Source: a virus (taxonomy: Duplodnaviria > Caudoviricetes). Taken from it: DNA of 49,984 bases. Position numbers and translations under genes: made by a program. This document shows, piece after piece, positions 25,453 to 35,131 of this stretch. The stretch spans positions 1 to 49,984 of IMG/VR virus record IMGVR_UViG_3300025110_000020, one strand, 5' to 3'. The notes beneath the pieces are model-generated. The model was not told where the DNA came from and searched no databases. It worked only from the letters and a program-made list of their open reading frames with translations. The stretch's first letter is position 1. Each line of letters starts with the position of its first letter.

Positions 25453-25848
25453 TTACCAAGGAGTTGGTTCCAATTTGCCAGTCAAAGGATTCAATGTATG
25501 ATTGATTTCTTGCTTCATTGCTATATCTTGACCCAATGTAGAAGGAGCTATGGAGACTTCATTTCTGAGCTCAGGATATAACTTCTCTAATTCTTTCAGT
25601 CTTTGATCGTAAGGCATGCCGTCATAGAAGCCAGGTCTCTTGTTGTAGTCTTCCTCCCATTGTCGATTCTCTTGATATTTCTGCTGCAGTTTTCCTCCTA
25701 TGCTTCTCAACCAGTCCATAATATTGGCTTGGTCTCCCATTTCACCAATAACTCCTGCACTACCATCTCCATAGATAGGTTTAGGTGGATAGCTCTGCAT
25801 GTATCCAATAATTTCTTGAGCAAGAGGATTTTCGTTAGCGAATTTCAT
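25453..25848 (-). CDS. Hypothetical protein
   Basis: 131 aa, in operon. Confidence 0.65.
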   Translation of the reverse strand: MKFANENPLAQEIIGYMQSYPPKPIYGDGSAGVIGEMGDQANIMDWLRSIGGKLQQKYQENRQWEEDYNKRPGFYDGMPYDQRLKELEKLYPELRNEVSIAPSTLGQDIAMKQEINHTLNPLTGKLEPTPW

Positions 25849-25855
25849 GATGTGA

Positions 25856-26380
25856 TTAGAAGTTCATTTGGTATTTTGTGTTGAACTCTGGAGGCTTGCG
25901 ATGACCTAAGTTCATGTTGAAATTCAAATTATATTTATCTCCTTTATGTGTAATACCGACATTGCCGAGAGTAGAAGGATCCGTTGTCATTCCATCATGT
26001 TCTCCTCCTACATAATGATGAACCCCTGCGTGAACGTTCGTCCTACCATCATTTAATATACCAGGAGATGTAACTTGTAAATTTCCACCGGCATCTGGTC
26101 CTGACGCATCAACACCTACGTTGAAATTCCATTTATTGAAATTATTACTACCTTGCGTCTCTGCTTGATTTAATGTCGTCGAGTCGTTTGAGATCGTTGC
26201 TCCCAATGTATTTGATGCTTGGAGATCATTAGCAGCTTGATTGTTCTGCAGCGAATCAATAATCTCATAGACTTCTTCATTCGCACCAGCAAATTCCAGC
26301 GCTTTGTTCTGCAGTTGTCCTTCAACCCAAGCACCAAGCTTGTCTTTGTCTAAGCCGAGGCGTCTTTCTGACACTACCAC
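25856..26380 (-). CDS. Hypothetical protein with beta-strand-rich C-terminus ending in F
   Basis: 174 aa; alternating-pattern strands; terminal KYQMNF. Confidence 0.65.
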   Translation of the reverse strand: MVVSERRLGLDKDKLGAWVEGQLQNKALEFAGANEEVYEIIDSLQNNQAANDLQASNTLGATISNDSTTLNQAETQGSNNFNKWNFNVGVDASGPDAGGNLQVTSPGILNDGRTNVHAGVHHYVGGEHDGMTTDPSTLGNVGITHKGDKYNLNFNMNLGHRKPPEFNTKYQMNF

Positions 26381-26437
26381 ACCAATAGGGTACTCAATTT
26401 ATTCTAGCTCTTTAGTGTTTTAAAGGGTTTATTACTT

Positions 26438-27181
26438 CTATTCGAAAGGAATAAATAAATCACGACTATAGAAATATCCTCTTCTACCTTGGAGTCTATC
26501 AGGAGTAGTCCACTCTTCTTCGATAGGTAAATAACAGAACCAACCAGTAGCTATATATTTGGTCTCTGTAGGACTGACGATTCCACGATGAACGTGAGTC
26601 CAGTCAGAAGGCCATATCACGGTTAATCCTTTTTGCGCTTGCACTTGAAAATCTTGATGGTACCATTCTGTTCCACCTCCATCTTTTACGTCATTTAAAT
26701 ATGTCATCCATACTAAATGCCTAGATATAACGTTTGGATGCAAGGAAGCTCTCTCTGTATGCCATTTAGTGAAACCTTCTTTGGGTTTGTATTTTTGAAT
26801 ATTAAATTGTTCGAAAGCTGCATTACCCCATGGTTGTTGACATTTTTCACAATTAGGAAATTTTTCACAGTAATCATCCAAGACCTCGTTTAATGCTTTG
26901 TTAAACTTGGCAACCCTTGAGTCTTTTACAACATATGGCACTCCCAAGTCTGTTGATGTTTTACCATCTTCCTGCTTATCGCCCTCATCTCCATTAGCCG
27001 TATGGCCTGGTCTTTTGAGACATATAAAATCACCTCTACCTTCATAAGGAATTACATGTCTTCCCATGGGGAATTCTTCGAAATATTCAATCAACCCATC
27101 ACATAGATCTAGGTCAATTTTCCTACCATAAATAAATTCTTTATGAGTAAATTGCATATTTATTCTGCAGTAGATCCACAA
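26438..27181 (-). CDS. 2OG-Fe(II) oxygenase (prolyl-4-hydroxylase-like)
   Basis: NIQKY, WHTE, YLNDV..GGGTE, WTHVHRG, KYIATGW; true start probably MQFTHK. Confidence 0.9.
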   Translation of the reverse strand: MWIYCRINMQFTHKEFIYGRKIDLDLCDGLIEYFEEFPMGRHVIPYEGRGDFICLKRPGHTANGDEGDKQEDGKTSTDLGVPYVVKDSRVAKFNKALNEVLDDYCEKFPNCEKCQQPWGNAAFEQFNIQKYKPKEGFTKWHTERASLHPNVISRHLVWMTYLNDVKDGGGTEWYHQDFQVQAQKGLTVIWPSDWTHVHRGIVSPTETKYIATGWFCYLPIEEEWTTPDRLQGRRGYFYSRDLFIPFE

Positions 27182-27816
27182 TGTTCAAAGGCGTCTTTCA
27201 TCCTTGCATTAAAGGAGACACTAATACGAGGTGTATCTCCTTGATAACGGCGCACCCCATGCTCCAAGTAAGAAGGAAATAGTAATAATGTTCCAGTCCT
27301 AATATTATCTATGGTATAAGATGGTACCCACCCATGCAAAGGAAGTCCCCAATGTCCTGAGACAGGAGTATTAATTGTAAATTTACCTGTTTCATTGTTT
27401 GAAGGATATTGATAATAATAAACACCTGAAAAATGACTAGGTAAATGATTGTGTGTATGAGCAAAATCATTATTATCTAATTTAGTAACCCATGAAGCAG
27501 TAATGTTCATATGTGTTACCAATCGCTCTTTACCTGCCTCATCTACAGGAGTACCTAATCCCTCTCCTATTCCTAGCATGTATTGAATAATTTCATTCTT
27601 CACAATAGAAGGAAACTTCTTTAATCTTGAAAATAAACGATTACCAAAAGTCGGATCACTCAATTTATGTGTTTTACCCCAACCATCGTTATATTCAAGA
27701 GTCTCTTTTTCTATGGCTTGTTTTAACTCTTGTTGTATCTCCTCGAAATACGGCTCTTCATCTAAATCTGCTCTAGCTATATAAGTCGGGAAATAAGTCC
27801 AAATCGTTCTACCCAT
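27160..27816 (-). CDS. 2OG-Fe(II) oxygenase (TIGR02466-like)
   Basis: HNH..SHFSGVYY, FPSYLEHGV, RISVSFN. Confidence 0.9.
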   Translation of the reverse strand: MGRTIWTYFPTYIARADLDEEPYFEEIQQELKQAIEKETLEYNDGWGKTHKLSDPTFGNRLFSRLKKFPSIVKNEIIQYMLGIGEGLGTPVDEAGKERLVTHMNITASWVTKLDNNDFAHTHNHLPSHFSGVYYYQYPSNNETGKFTINTPVSGHWGLPLHGWVPSYTIDNIRTGTLLLFPSYLEHGVRRYQGDTPRISVSFNARMKDAFEHCGSTAE

Positions 27817-27817
27817 T

Positions 27818-27853
27818 AAAAACCGCCCATACTCATTACAGTATGAACGGTTT
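27818..27853 (-). terminator. Intrinsic terminator
   Basis: AAACCGTTCATACT/AGTATGGGCGGTTT hairpin with T tract after the OMP gene. Confidence 0.65.
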
Positions 27854-27868
27854 CATGTCAAAAGCTAG

Positions 27869-28240
27869 TTAGAAGTTGTACTTAATACCTAGTTTTCCAC
27901 CTGTTGCGAAGTCTTCTTTCTCTTCACCTGTAAGGAAGGAAACTTCACCATAAACATCAGTAGCTTCAGAAAGAGCAACACTTGCACCTGCTTTGCCAGA
28001 TATGCGAGTTTCAGTATCTGCATCCTTAACAGCTACGAATGCTGGGCCACCTTGAACATAGTAAGAAAGCTTACCAGTATCATTAGTACCTGCATATCCT
28101 ACGTGTACGTCTGTAGTTGCATTTGTATATTTCTTGTCTGCCCAATTTGCATTGGTTTCAGCATTAATATAAGGACCAGCAAAAGAAGCTGGGGCGCCGA
28201 TAATTGCAAAAGCGGCAGCAGCGTAAATAGTTCTTAACAC
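27869..28240 (-). CDS. Cyanophage outer-membrane beta-barrel protein
   Basis: Signal peptide, GPYINAE.N, YVQGGP, YGEVSF, terminal GIKYNF. Confidence 0.85.
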   Translation of the reverse strand: MLRTIYAAAAFAIIGAPASFAGPYINAETNANWADKKYTNATTDVHVGYAGTNDTGKLSYYVQGGPAFVAVKDADTETRISGKAGASVALSEATDVYGEVSFLTGEEKEDFATGGKLGIKYNF

Positions 28241-28294
28241 AGAATTAAAAATTTTTAATAACAGTTCTCATTTTATATACAATTTGTAGTATTT

Positions 28295-28519
28295 TTACTC
28301 AGTTTGTGCCACTATCTCAACCTTAAACTCTCGTTCCAAGATAGGTTTCAATTCTGAAGGAGGGGGAAAATGTCTAAACAAAGCTTGAGCCTCCCTCCTG
28401 ACCTCCCTAGGAATACGTGGTTCTTCTTTAGGATTCATCAGTCTACGCAAGAAATCACGAGTTGCAATAATAGAATCTACCTTTTGAGAAGGAGAACTAA
28501 GTGGCTGTCTCAGCTTCAT
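28295..28519 (-). CDS. Conserved phage hypothetical protein
   Basis: FL..L..P...PRIP.EVR.EA....RHFP; start probably MKLRQP within ORF 28295..28624. Confidence 0.65.
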   Translation of the reverse strand: MKLRQPLSSPSQKVDSIIATRDFLRRLMNPKEEPRIPREVRREAQALFRHFPPPSELKPILEREFKVEIVAQTE

Positions 28520-28817
28520 GAGAATCCTCCTTGTTAATGTCGCAGTTCTGAACAGGATCAAAATCAAGCCGTACAGGATTTGCTGTATTGCTCGCACGAA
28601 TTTGTCCTTGAGTCTTTTCGTCATGCCATAACTCTACTTGGCGATCAACTTCTCTTTTCCCTAATTCTTTAATATATAAATCAGCTAGTCCTGTGTAAGT
28701 ATTACGTAAAGGAATGGGTGCCTCATCTCGTTTGTACAATTCATACAAATATCCCATAAAATCGGATCTATTCTGATTATTCCTCACTCGTTGAAGAGGA
28801 GTCATGGTATCGTCCAT
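28497..28817 (-). CDS. Cyanophage hypothetical protein
   Basis: R.DFM..LYELY.R......TYTGL. Confidence 0.65.
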   Translation of the reverse strand: MDDTMTPLQRVRNNQNRSDFMGYLYELYKRDEAPIPLRNTYTGLADLYIKELGKREVDRQVELWHDEKTQGQIRASNTANPVRLDFDPVQNCDINKEDSHEAETAT

Positions 28818-28837
28818 GAATAAAATAAGTATCGCTT

Positions 28838-29572
28838 TTAGACAATAGCTAAAAAATCATGGAATGGGCAATTTCGACGAGGAACATAATTGATATTCAT
28901 TACGTACCTTGCTCGAGCATTTGATGTCGTCGTGCCTGTATGTACGAGTTTGTTAGGGAAGAAAACTAATCTATTCTCAACACTTTCAACTTTGTCTCCT
29001 AGGCTGCCATCTTCATTTTTAAACCGTGTATAGCCATCACATGTATTGAGGTAGAAACAAGCATTCATCATATGATCAAATTCTCCTCTCTCACCTTCTC
29101 TGTCTTGGTGGTAAGCCTGTTCTATTACAGTATGAGAATTGAAAGTGATATTTATTTTGGCTCGTATAAGACATAAAGGATTCAATATATTAAAAAGTTG
29201 CAAACAAACATCTTTTAATAAGTCTCCACGAAAATGGAATTCAGCCACGCGAGGATCATTGAAAAGAATATGTTGCATCGGATCATCACATAAACTTATG
29301 GTTCCTTGGAAATTATACTTCTCATCACAACCCCGATCTCCCAGAGGGTCTACTGTCGGGTTTAATACTTTCCTATCTATATTCCATTGAGGTTCACGAG
29401 ACATGAAAAACTCCTGAAATGGTTTAAACACTTCAGGAGTAACTAAATCATCTACGACACCATAGCCAGCTTTCTTATGTAGTTGAACTTCCGTTCCAGG
29501 CTTTGGAAGTGTCACGACATTTTTTCTATGGGTTTTCCGGGCCGTTAGATTCCCCTTTTGGATCTCTGTCAA
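28838..29572 (-). CDS. 2OG-Fe(II) oxygenase
   Basis: RAKIN, YHQD, FYLNTCDGYT.F, SVENR..FF, HTGTT, R..MNINY. Confidence 0.85.
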   Translation of the reverse strand: MTEIQKGNLTARKTHRKNVVTLPKPGTEVQLHKKAGYGVVDDLVTPEVFKPFQEFFMSREPQWNIDRKVLNPTVDPLGDRGCDEKYNFQGTISLCDDPMQHILFNDPRVAEFHFRGDLLKDVCLQLFNILNPLCLIRAKINITFNSHTVIEQAYHQDREGERGEFDHMMNACFYLNTCDGYTRFKNEDGSLGDKVESVENRLVFFPNKLVHTGTTTSNARARYVMNINYVPRRNCPFHDFLAIV

Positions 29573-30035
29573 GTTTCAACAGCGTGGTTAACTTTGCAAT
29601 CGTAGCATCACCTATCACTCCTGCTGCCTTTAAATTAGTTAGCGCATCTTTATATTCTGTATTCTCCGCAACATTTGCCAACCAGATAGAAGCTAAAGGA
29701 GTCTCATCCCATAAACCCTGCATAGCATCAACAGTATCATCGCTGCCGATTTTAGCTTTCCAAGCTTTTCTCTCCGCACGTGTTAACGTTGATTTAAATA
29801 TAGCTTGAGGAGCCTCTTGCTCCTGCTGGCTAAAAGGGGCTATATCTGGTGATATCGTTTTAGGATTACCAGCATGTTTAAACGTGTTATCACTTGGATT
29901 CCTGACATCCCCTTGAAGAGTTCCATCAGGAACATCTACAAATAAAGCTTGTCGGTCTGGATGATAACATTTTGTGATATCAAGAGTACAAACAGTCGTA
30001 ACTATGTTGTCCTCTATGATTGCTTTTGTAGCCAT
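29526..30035 (-). CDS. Tail fibre assembly/chaperone-like protein
   Basis: Follows a Gly-rich fibre; shares HPD...VP....GDVRNPSDNT with 31347..31781. Confidence 0.6.
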   Translation of the reverse strand: MATKAIIEDNIVTTVCTLDITKCYHPDRQALFVDVPDGTLQGDVRNPSDNTFKHAGNPKTISPDIAPFSQQEQEAPQAIFKSTLTRAERKAWKAKIGSDDTVDAMQGLWDETPLASIWLANVAENTEYKDALTNLKAAGVIGDATIAKLTTLLKLDRDPKGESNGPENP

Positions 30036-30057
30036 AAGAAAAGAACTCCGATACTAA

Positions 30058-31344
30058 TTATTCTACGGCGTATTGTAAGACAATAAGACCGAAGCCACCT
30101 ATAGCTTGTCCTCGTGAACCGTAAGGCTCAGCGTCCCAGCCGGAAGCACCTGCTCCACCTGCACAACCAGGCATGCAGGTTCCAACGTATTGACCACCAG
30201 CGCCACCACCTCCTAAGACTCCTCCTCCACCAGCGTGACCACCTCTAGTAGTGGTGCTACTGTCATAAACGTTGTAACTACCACCGCCAGCTCCAGGGCC
30301 TCCATTACCAGATGCAGAACAGGCCTGTCCAGAGGATGCGCGAGTAGCACCACCGCCACCACCGCCGCCTCCGCCAAGAGTAATACCATTAGGATCCCAA
30401 ATAGCTCCACCATGTCCAGACTGTGCTGCTTGGCCACCAGGTCTTAAGTTTTCATCATTTGCCCAACCAACGAGAGAATAACCTCTTCCACCAGCTCCAA
30501 ATAATCCAGCTCCACCGTGACCACCTCTAGTTCTGTAATCTTGGTTCCATCTACCACCGATTCCCCATCCAGCTGTACCTGCTCCTCCAGTGCTATTCCA
30601 AGAACTAGGCCCATTACTACCTGGGTAACAAATAGATGCTCCTGAAGCACCATAGTAACTGGTGTGGCCAGAACCTCCCCTGAATCCATCTCTCCCATCT
30701 GTTCCTTCGTAAACACCTGAAATAGGCCTTGGAGCAGAACCACCTCCACCACCAGATCCACTGCTTGGGTTGACAGAGTGAGAATAGCCTCCTTGACCAC
30801 CTCTCCTATTAATGTCCCCACCAACGCCTATACCGCCCTGACCGCGCCCACTATCAACACTTGTTTGGGGATTAGCGTTCTCCCCTGTAGCATTAGGATT
30901 TCCTGAAGGGTTACTAGTATTAGCTCCGTCATTACCTCCGGTAGCAGAACAATGACTGCCAAAAGAAGAATCTGATCCTCTACTATTTTTAGTACTCCAA
31001 TGTGGTATACCTATCGTGATAGTCTCTGTAGTATTTAAAGACGCAACTGGAATTTTTTTATAAGCATATCCACCTCCACCTCCACCATAACCAGAGTTGT
31101 TACACCCTGAATTACCACCTGGACCCCAAACATGCACTATTAAAGGTACATCTGCCTTCATTGCTGAAGGCTTCGTCCAAGTAAAAGTAGTAGATCCCCA
31201 CGTAGACCAATCACCACCACCTGTATATTCACAAGTAGAAGGTAGTGTCCCTGTATAAACCTCTATTTTATTTCGAGGTCCGGTAATTGTTCCGCCAGTA
31301 CCACCACCACCGGAAGTTAGAAGAATGGAAGAAGTAATAGTCAT
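30058..31344 (-). CDS. Glycine-rich tail fibre/receptor-binding protein
   Basis: FTWTKP, VWGPGG, GGGGG.Y, SSFGS, ends GLIVLQY. Confidence 0.8.
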   Translation of the reverse strand: MTITSSILLTSGGGGTGGTITGPRNKIEVYTGTLPSTCEYTGGGDWSTWGSTTFTWTKPSAMKADVPLIVHVWGPGGNSGCNNSGYGGGGGGYAYKKIPVASLNTTETITIGIPHWSTKNSRGSDSSFGSHCSATGGNDGANTSNPSGNPNATGENANPQTSVDSGRGQGGIGVGGDINRRGGQGGYSHSVNPSSGSGGGGGSAPRPISGVYEGTDGRDGFRGGSGHTSYYGASGASICYPGSNGPSSWNSTGGAGTAGWGIGGRWNQDYRTRGGHGGAGLFGAGGRGYSLVGWANDENLRPGGQAAQSGHGGAIWDPNGITLGGGGGGGGGATRASSGQACSASGNGGPGAGGGSYNVYDSSTTTRGGHAGGGGVLGGGGAGGQYVGTCMPGCAGGAGASGWDAEPYGSRGQAIGGFGLIVLQYAVE

Positions 31345-31346
31345 AA

Positions 31347-31781
31347 TTAGGCGGGATCTTTTCCGTGATTGTTGATCTTAGTTTTAGTAGCAGTACTGAT
31401 AATTGACTTGGTTTCTAAATTATCGATATCTGCCTGAAACTCAGTATCAACAATTTTTGGATCACCATAATCAAAACACTCATAAAAATCTGCTATATCA
31501 TCATCTGTCTTGATGATCTCTTTCAGAGCTTTCCTTTCGGTAGAAGTTAATAAACTCATGAAACCTCCCCGCGATATTCTTCTTTGATCAGGTTGAGCTG
31601 ATCCAGTCGATACCGTAGGTGTCGAGTAGGTATTGTCGGAAGGATTTCTGACATCCCCTGCTTTTACTGTGCTAGGAACCTGCTCACATAATGCAAGCAC
31701 GTCAGGGTGGACCAAATCTGTGGGCTTGTTAGTCCACACGTTTGTCACGTTATTCCCGTCAAATAGAGCCCAAGTAGCCAT
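31347..31781 (-). CDS. Tail fibre assembly/chaperone-like protein
   Basis: WALFDGNNVTNV; F..LLT..ER..L helical C-terminus. Confidence 0.65.
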   Translation of the reverse strand: MATWALFDGNNVTNVWTNKPTDLVHPDVLALCEQVPSTVKAGDVRNPSDNTYSTPTVSTGSAQPDQRRISRGGFMSLLTSTERKALKEIIKTDDDIADFYECFDYGDPKIVDTEFQADIDNLETKSIISTATKTKINNHGKDPA

Positions 31782-31793
31782 TCGTTACACCTC

Positions 31794-33026
31794 CTATTGT
31801 GTGACTTTGTATTGAATAAATATTAGACCATCTCCGCCACGCTGAGACCCCCATAGTTGATCTCCAGTAGCGCTAGAGTTCTGCTGATTACCTCCGACGC
31901 GACCGTCGTAACCAGTACTGCCTGCACCACCTGCATTTCCTCCTGATCCACCAGTACAGTATTGGCCGGCGCCACCACCGCCGCCTAAGACTCCGCCGTT
32001 ACCGCCAAACCACTGAGCATTCTGATTGCTACTGTCGTAGGCAATACAAGAACCACCACCTGCTCCTGGTCCGCCATTTCCAGCATTAGTACCTGTTCTT
32101 TCAGAAGACTGATGAGTAGCGGTACCACCACCACCACCGCCTCCTCCGAGGAAGATATGATTAGCACCCCAGATAGCTGTACCCTTACCATCTTCTGGAG
32201 GTGAAGCCCACATCCAAGCGTTACTGTAAGTAGATGCAGATCCTCCGCGACCACCTGCACCGTTCAATCCTGCACCACCTGGTCCTGCCATCCCTCTATA
32301 AGTAGTAGCACTCCATCTACTAGACATCCCCATTCCAGCAGTACCGGCGCCGCCGCTTCCTGTAAAACTTGTATAAGATCTTGTACCAGGGAAGTTTATG
32401 GATGCACCAGAGGCTCCAGTGTAACTATCCCAATGACCTCCTTTATGTCCGTCGCAATGTCCTTGTGGATGAGGAGCTGATCCACCTCCACCTCCTCCTC
32501 CTGAACCTGGGTTTTGTCCTCCAAGGCCACCTTGACCTCCTCTTCTATTGATATCTCCACCAACCCCTATACCACCTTGGCCGTATCCACTTTGAATGTT
32601 TGTTTGAGGGTTAGAGTTCTCTCCAGTAGCATTTGGATTGCTTGGAGGATTATTTGCATTTTCTCCATCGTTCCCTGCATTAGCTGAGCAATGAGAACCG
32701 AAAGAGGTTATTCCGCCTCTGGAGTTGTGAGTATGATGACCTCCTTCTCCAATTGTGACGGTAACGGTATCACCCGCAGAGAAAGAAGAGATTTCTTTGA
32801 TAGATAAACCACCACCTCCTCCTCCGTAGGAATTACCGGAAGAGTCATCCGTTCCAGCATTACCACCGGCACCCCAGCAATAAACTTTTACAGGAACAGA
32901 ATTGTCAAAATCAGTAGGGACAGTCCACGTGTATGAACCATAAGAATTCCACATTGCTGTAGTATTTCTTGGTCCATCAGTAAAACCACCACTGCTTCCG
33001 CCAACTAAACTCGATAAAGTTGCCAT
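31794..33026 (-). CDS. Glycine-rich tail fibre/receptor-binding protein
   Basis: YTWTVP, CWGAGG, GGDGLIFIQY; paralog of 30058..31344. Confidence 0.8.
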   Translation of the reverse strand: MATLSSLVGGSSGGFTDGPRNTTAMWNSYGSYTWTVPTDFDNSVPVKVYCWGAGGNAGTDDSSGNSYGGGGGGLSIKEISSFSAGDTVTVTIGEGGHHTHNSRGGITSFGSHCSANAGNDGENANNPPSNPNATGENSNPQTNIQSGYGQGGIGVGGDINRRGGQGGLGGQNPGSGGGGGGGSAPHPQGHCDGHKGGHWDSYTGASGASINFPGTRSYTSFTGSGGAGTAGMGMSSRWSATTYRGMAGPGGAGLNGAGGRGGSASTYSNAWMWASPPEDGKGTAIWGANHIFLGGGGGGGGTATHQSSERTGTNAGNGGPGAGGGSCIAYDSSNQNAQWFGGNGGVLGGGGGAGQYCTGGSGGNAGGAGSTGYDGRVGGNQQNSSATGDQLWGSQRGGDGLIFIQYKVTQ

Positions 33027-33027
33027 G

Positions 33028-33354
33028 TTAAGTTACCCTCCAGCCTTGAGCAGTATTGTAATAAGTTAATCGAAAACCAATATTTTTTGTATCAACTACT
33101 AAGTCTTCTGCTAGACCCATAATCTTGAGTCCATTTCTTCCAAGAGTTACATTGTTATCCTTCAGATGACCTGTAGCATCTGCGAAATCAATGTAATCAT
33201 CTTCTACTGCAGCTGCAGGGAGAGTGATCGTAAAAGCTCCTCCAGAAGCGTCTAGGAGCAGCGCATCGCCGGTGACAGCAGTGTAAGCAGCGGACTTGAC
33301 TGTCCAATCAGCATCAGATCCTGCTATGCCATCAAATGAGAGTTTTCTACCCAT
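33028..33354 (-). CDS. Tail fibre adaptor domain protein
   Basis: DASGGAFTITLPA...NNVTLGRNG.KI.G...L.Y.....GW repeat type seen in T4-like proximal fibres. Confidence 0.75.
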   Translation of the reverse strand: MGRKLSFDGIAGSDADWTVKSAAYTAVTGDALLLDASGGAFTITLPAAAVEDDYIDFADATGHLKDNNVTLGRNGLKIMGLAEDLVVDTKNIGFRLTYYNTAQGWRVT

Positions 33355-33384
33355 GTTGGTACCTCGTATGGTGAATACTACTCA

Positions 33385-33723
33385 TCAAGTCTCAATGCCG
33401 TAAGCGGAGAAGGAGATATTCCCTGCACCACTGCCGACCATGATTCGACCAGTATTCTCCAAGGTAACACCAGTGCGTTCCATTGCTGAGTTACCAGACA
33501 ACGAATAATCGAACTCCAACCAATGCTTAGCATCAATAGCACCTGAAGTAGCTGTCGTACCAGAATCTATGATTGCTATACGAACAGTATCCGGCGTTGC
33601 TGCAGTATTACAAGCTGAAATAATAACAGTCGTTGTTGCAGAGGCACTAAATAATTTGTAGGTATTAGTCAGATCCGGTGCGCCACCAGCCGGCTTAAGA
33701 CTACCTTTGATTCCCGAGGCCAT
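33385..33723 (-). CDS. Virion/tail structural protein
   Basis: CN....TVRIAI...LEFD....ERTGVTL...SFSAYGIE. Confidence 0.7.
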   Translation of the reverse strand: MASGIKGSLKPAGGAPDLTNTYKLFSASATTTVIISACNTAATPDTVRIAIIDSGTTATSGAIDAKHWLEFDYSLSGNSAMERTGVTLENTGRIMVGSGAGNISFSAYGIET

Positions 33724-33797
33724 ACGATCTCTATAAAAACAGGTGGGCAGTTGAACTGCCTCGTCACTTTAGTATAGAGCCTATCGAATATCGATAG

Positions 33798-33962
33798 TTA
33801 AGGTCCTATGCCAAAGTCACCATTACGTTCTACTCTTTTACGTAAATTGCTCATAGAGGTACTAGCTCGTTTCATCGCACGAGTATTAGCTTTATCTACT
33901 TTCCTATCTTTTGCTTCTAATTTTTTTAACGCTGCTCTTTGAGCCTTCTTAAATAAAGGCAT
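33798..33962 (-). CDS. Small basic protein (54 aa)
   Basis: Translated by hand: MPLFKKAQRAALKKLEAKDRK...GDFGIGP; TAATG coupling. Confidence 0.55.
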   Translation of the reverse strand: MPLFKKAQRAALKKLEAKDRKVDKANTRAMKRASTSMSNLRKRVERNGDFGIGP

Positions 33963-35131
33963 TAGTTCATTGTTCCGTAGAAGAATGATTGAGCCATCAT
34001 GATAGAACTAGTTGTAAATTGTCCTGAAATAATCGTCTGCCAGTTTGCAACTTCTGTACCGTCTGTAATATTAGTTCCATTAGATAAGTGATCGTTGACA
34101 TTCATATATAAATTCAAGTTCGGAGCACTACCTGTGGTAACCAAATCATTCTTGAAGTAATCAGTTGCATCGGCATATCCACCACGGTAGAACTGACCAC
34201 TTGACATCCTTTCCCAATAGTTATCACCAGTGAAGTTCGTTAAGAAACTACCTCCTGCTGTGTGATTGGTTTGACATCTGTAAGTCTGTCCTAGATGAAT
34301 AACAACATCATCTTTCTTATAAGCAGTTGTAGTTGTCCAACTACCTCTTTGATTTAAAGCTTGTAAGTATAAATCCCAATGAGTCGCAGAAGGAGGCTCG
34401 TTGCCAGTATTTCTAACCTTACAACGCCAAACGTTACCACCAAGAGTAACTAAGTCGTTGAAGTCATACTCGGTAGCTACGTTATAGGCTCCTCTTTCTT
34501 TGAATCCTTCAACAAATATTTTCCAATAAGACGCATTTGGTGGAGCATTACCAGTTGTATCCGCTGTGCAAATATAACGGCAACCGCTAACAGTAACAAT
34601 ATCATTGACCTCGTATGCTGTAGCAGCGTTGTAGTCATTCTGAATATTGAAACCAGCAGCGAATACTGTCCAATAAGAAGCATTAGGAGGTTCTTGATTG
34701 GTGTTATTTGCAGTAGCTATATAATTAATACCATTTAACTGAGCAATATCATTTACTTTGTATGCAGTTGCAGCGTCCCAATCACCTTTATATTTAAAAC
34801 CTTCTAAGAATAGAACCCAGTAAGTAGCGTTAGGAGGTGTATTGCCAACGGTTTGTTGTAACGCACGATAAATGAGACCACTAACTCTAACTAAATCGTT
34901 CTTTTGGTAAGTTGTTCCATTGTTGTAATCACCAAGGTCTGAAAGACCGTCGACCATGTTTGACCAATAGGTTGCATTGCTAGGTAAATTACCTGCGCTG
35001 GCAGTCCTATTGATATAGACGTAAGAGTTGCCACCGAAGGAAACTACGTCATTTATCTCGTAATTGGTTGCTGCGTTGTAGACTCCCCTATATAAAAAAC
35101 GGAGTTTACCAAGATCAATAATGGTGCTCAT
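33962..35131 (-). CDS. Tail protein with tandem CBM5/12-like repeats
   Basis: About 7 repeats of G.(Y/W)...T.Y..ND.V...G..Y......P.NA.YW. Confidence 0.8.
   Translation of the reverse strand: MSTIIDLGKLRFLYRGVYNAATNYEINDVVSFGGNSYVYINRTASAGNLPSNATYWSNMVDGLSDLGDYNNGTTYQKNDLVRVSGLIYRALQQTVGNTPPNATYWVLFLEGFKYKGDWDAATAYKVNDIAQLNGINYIATANNTNQEPPNASYWTVFAAGFNIQNDYNAATAYEVNDIVTVSGCRYICTADTTGNAPPNASYWKIFVEGFKERGAYNVATEYDFNDLVTLGGNVWRCKVRNTGNEPPSATHWDLYLQALNQRGSWTTTTAYKKDDVVIHLGQTYRCQTNHTAGGSFLTNFTGDNYWERMSSGQFYRGGYADATDYFKNDLVTTGSAPNLNLYMNVNDHLSNGTNITDGTEVANWQTIISGQFTTSSIMMAQSFFYGTMN

Noticed and set aside
24928-25884. Plus-strand ORFs opposite minus-strand genes (also 3078, 21572, 29139, 36027, 39628, 41144, 43108 and similar shadow ORFs)
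   Set aside because: Antisense shadows of better-supported genes with no recognisable motifs.
29526-35131. Diversity-generating retroelement or invertible tail-fibre switch
   Set aside because: No reverse transcriptase or invertase; the paralogs are co-oriented and I saw no adenine-specific TR/VR pair.
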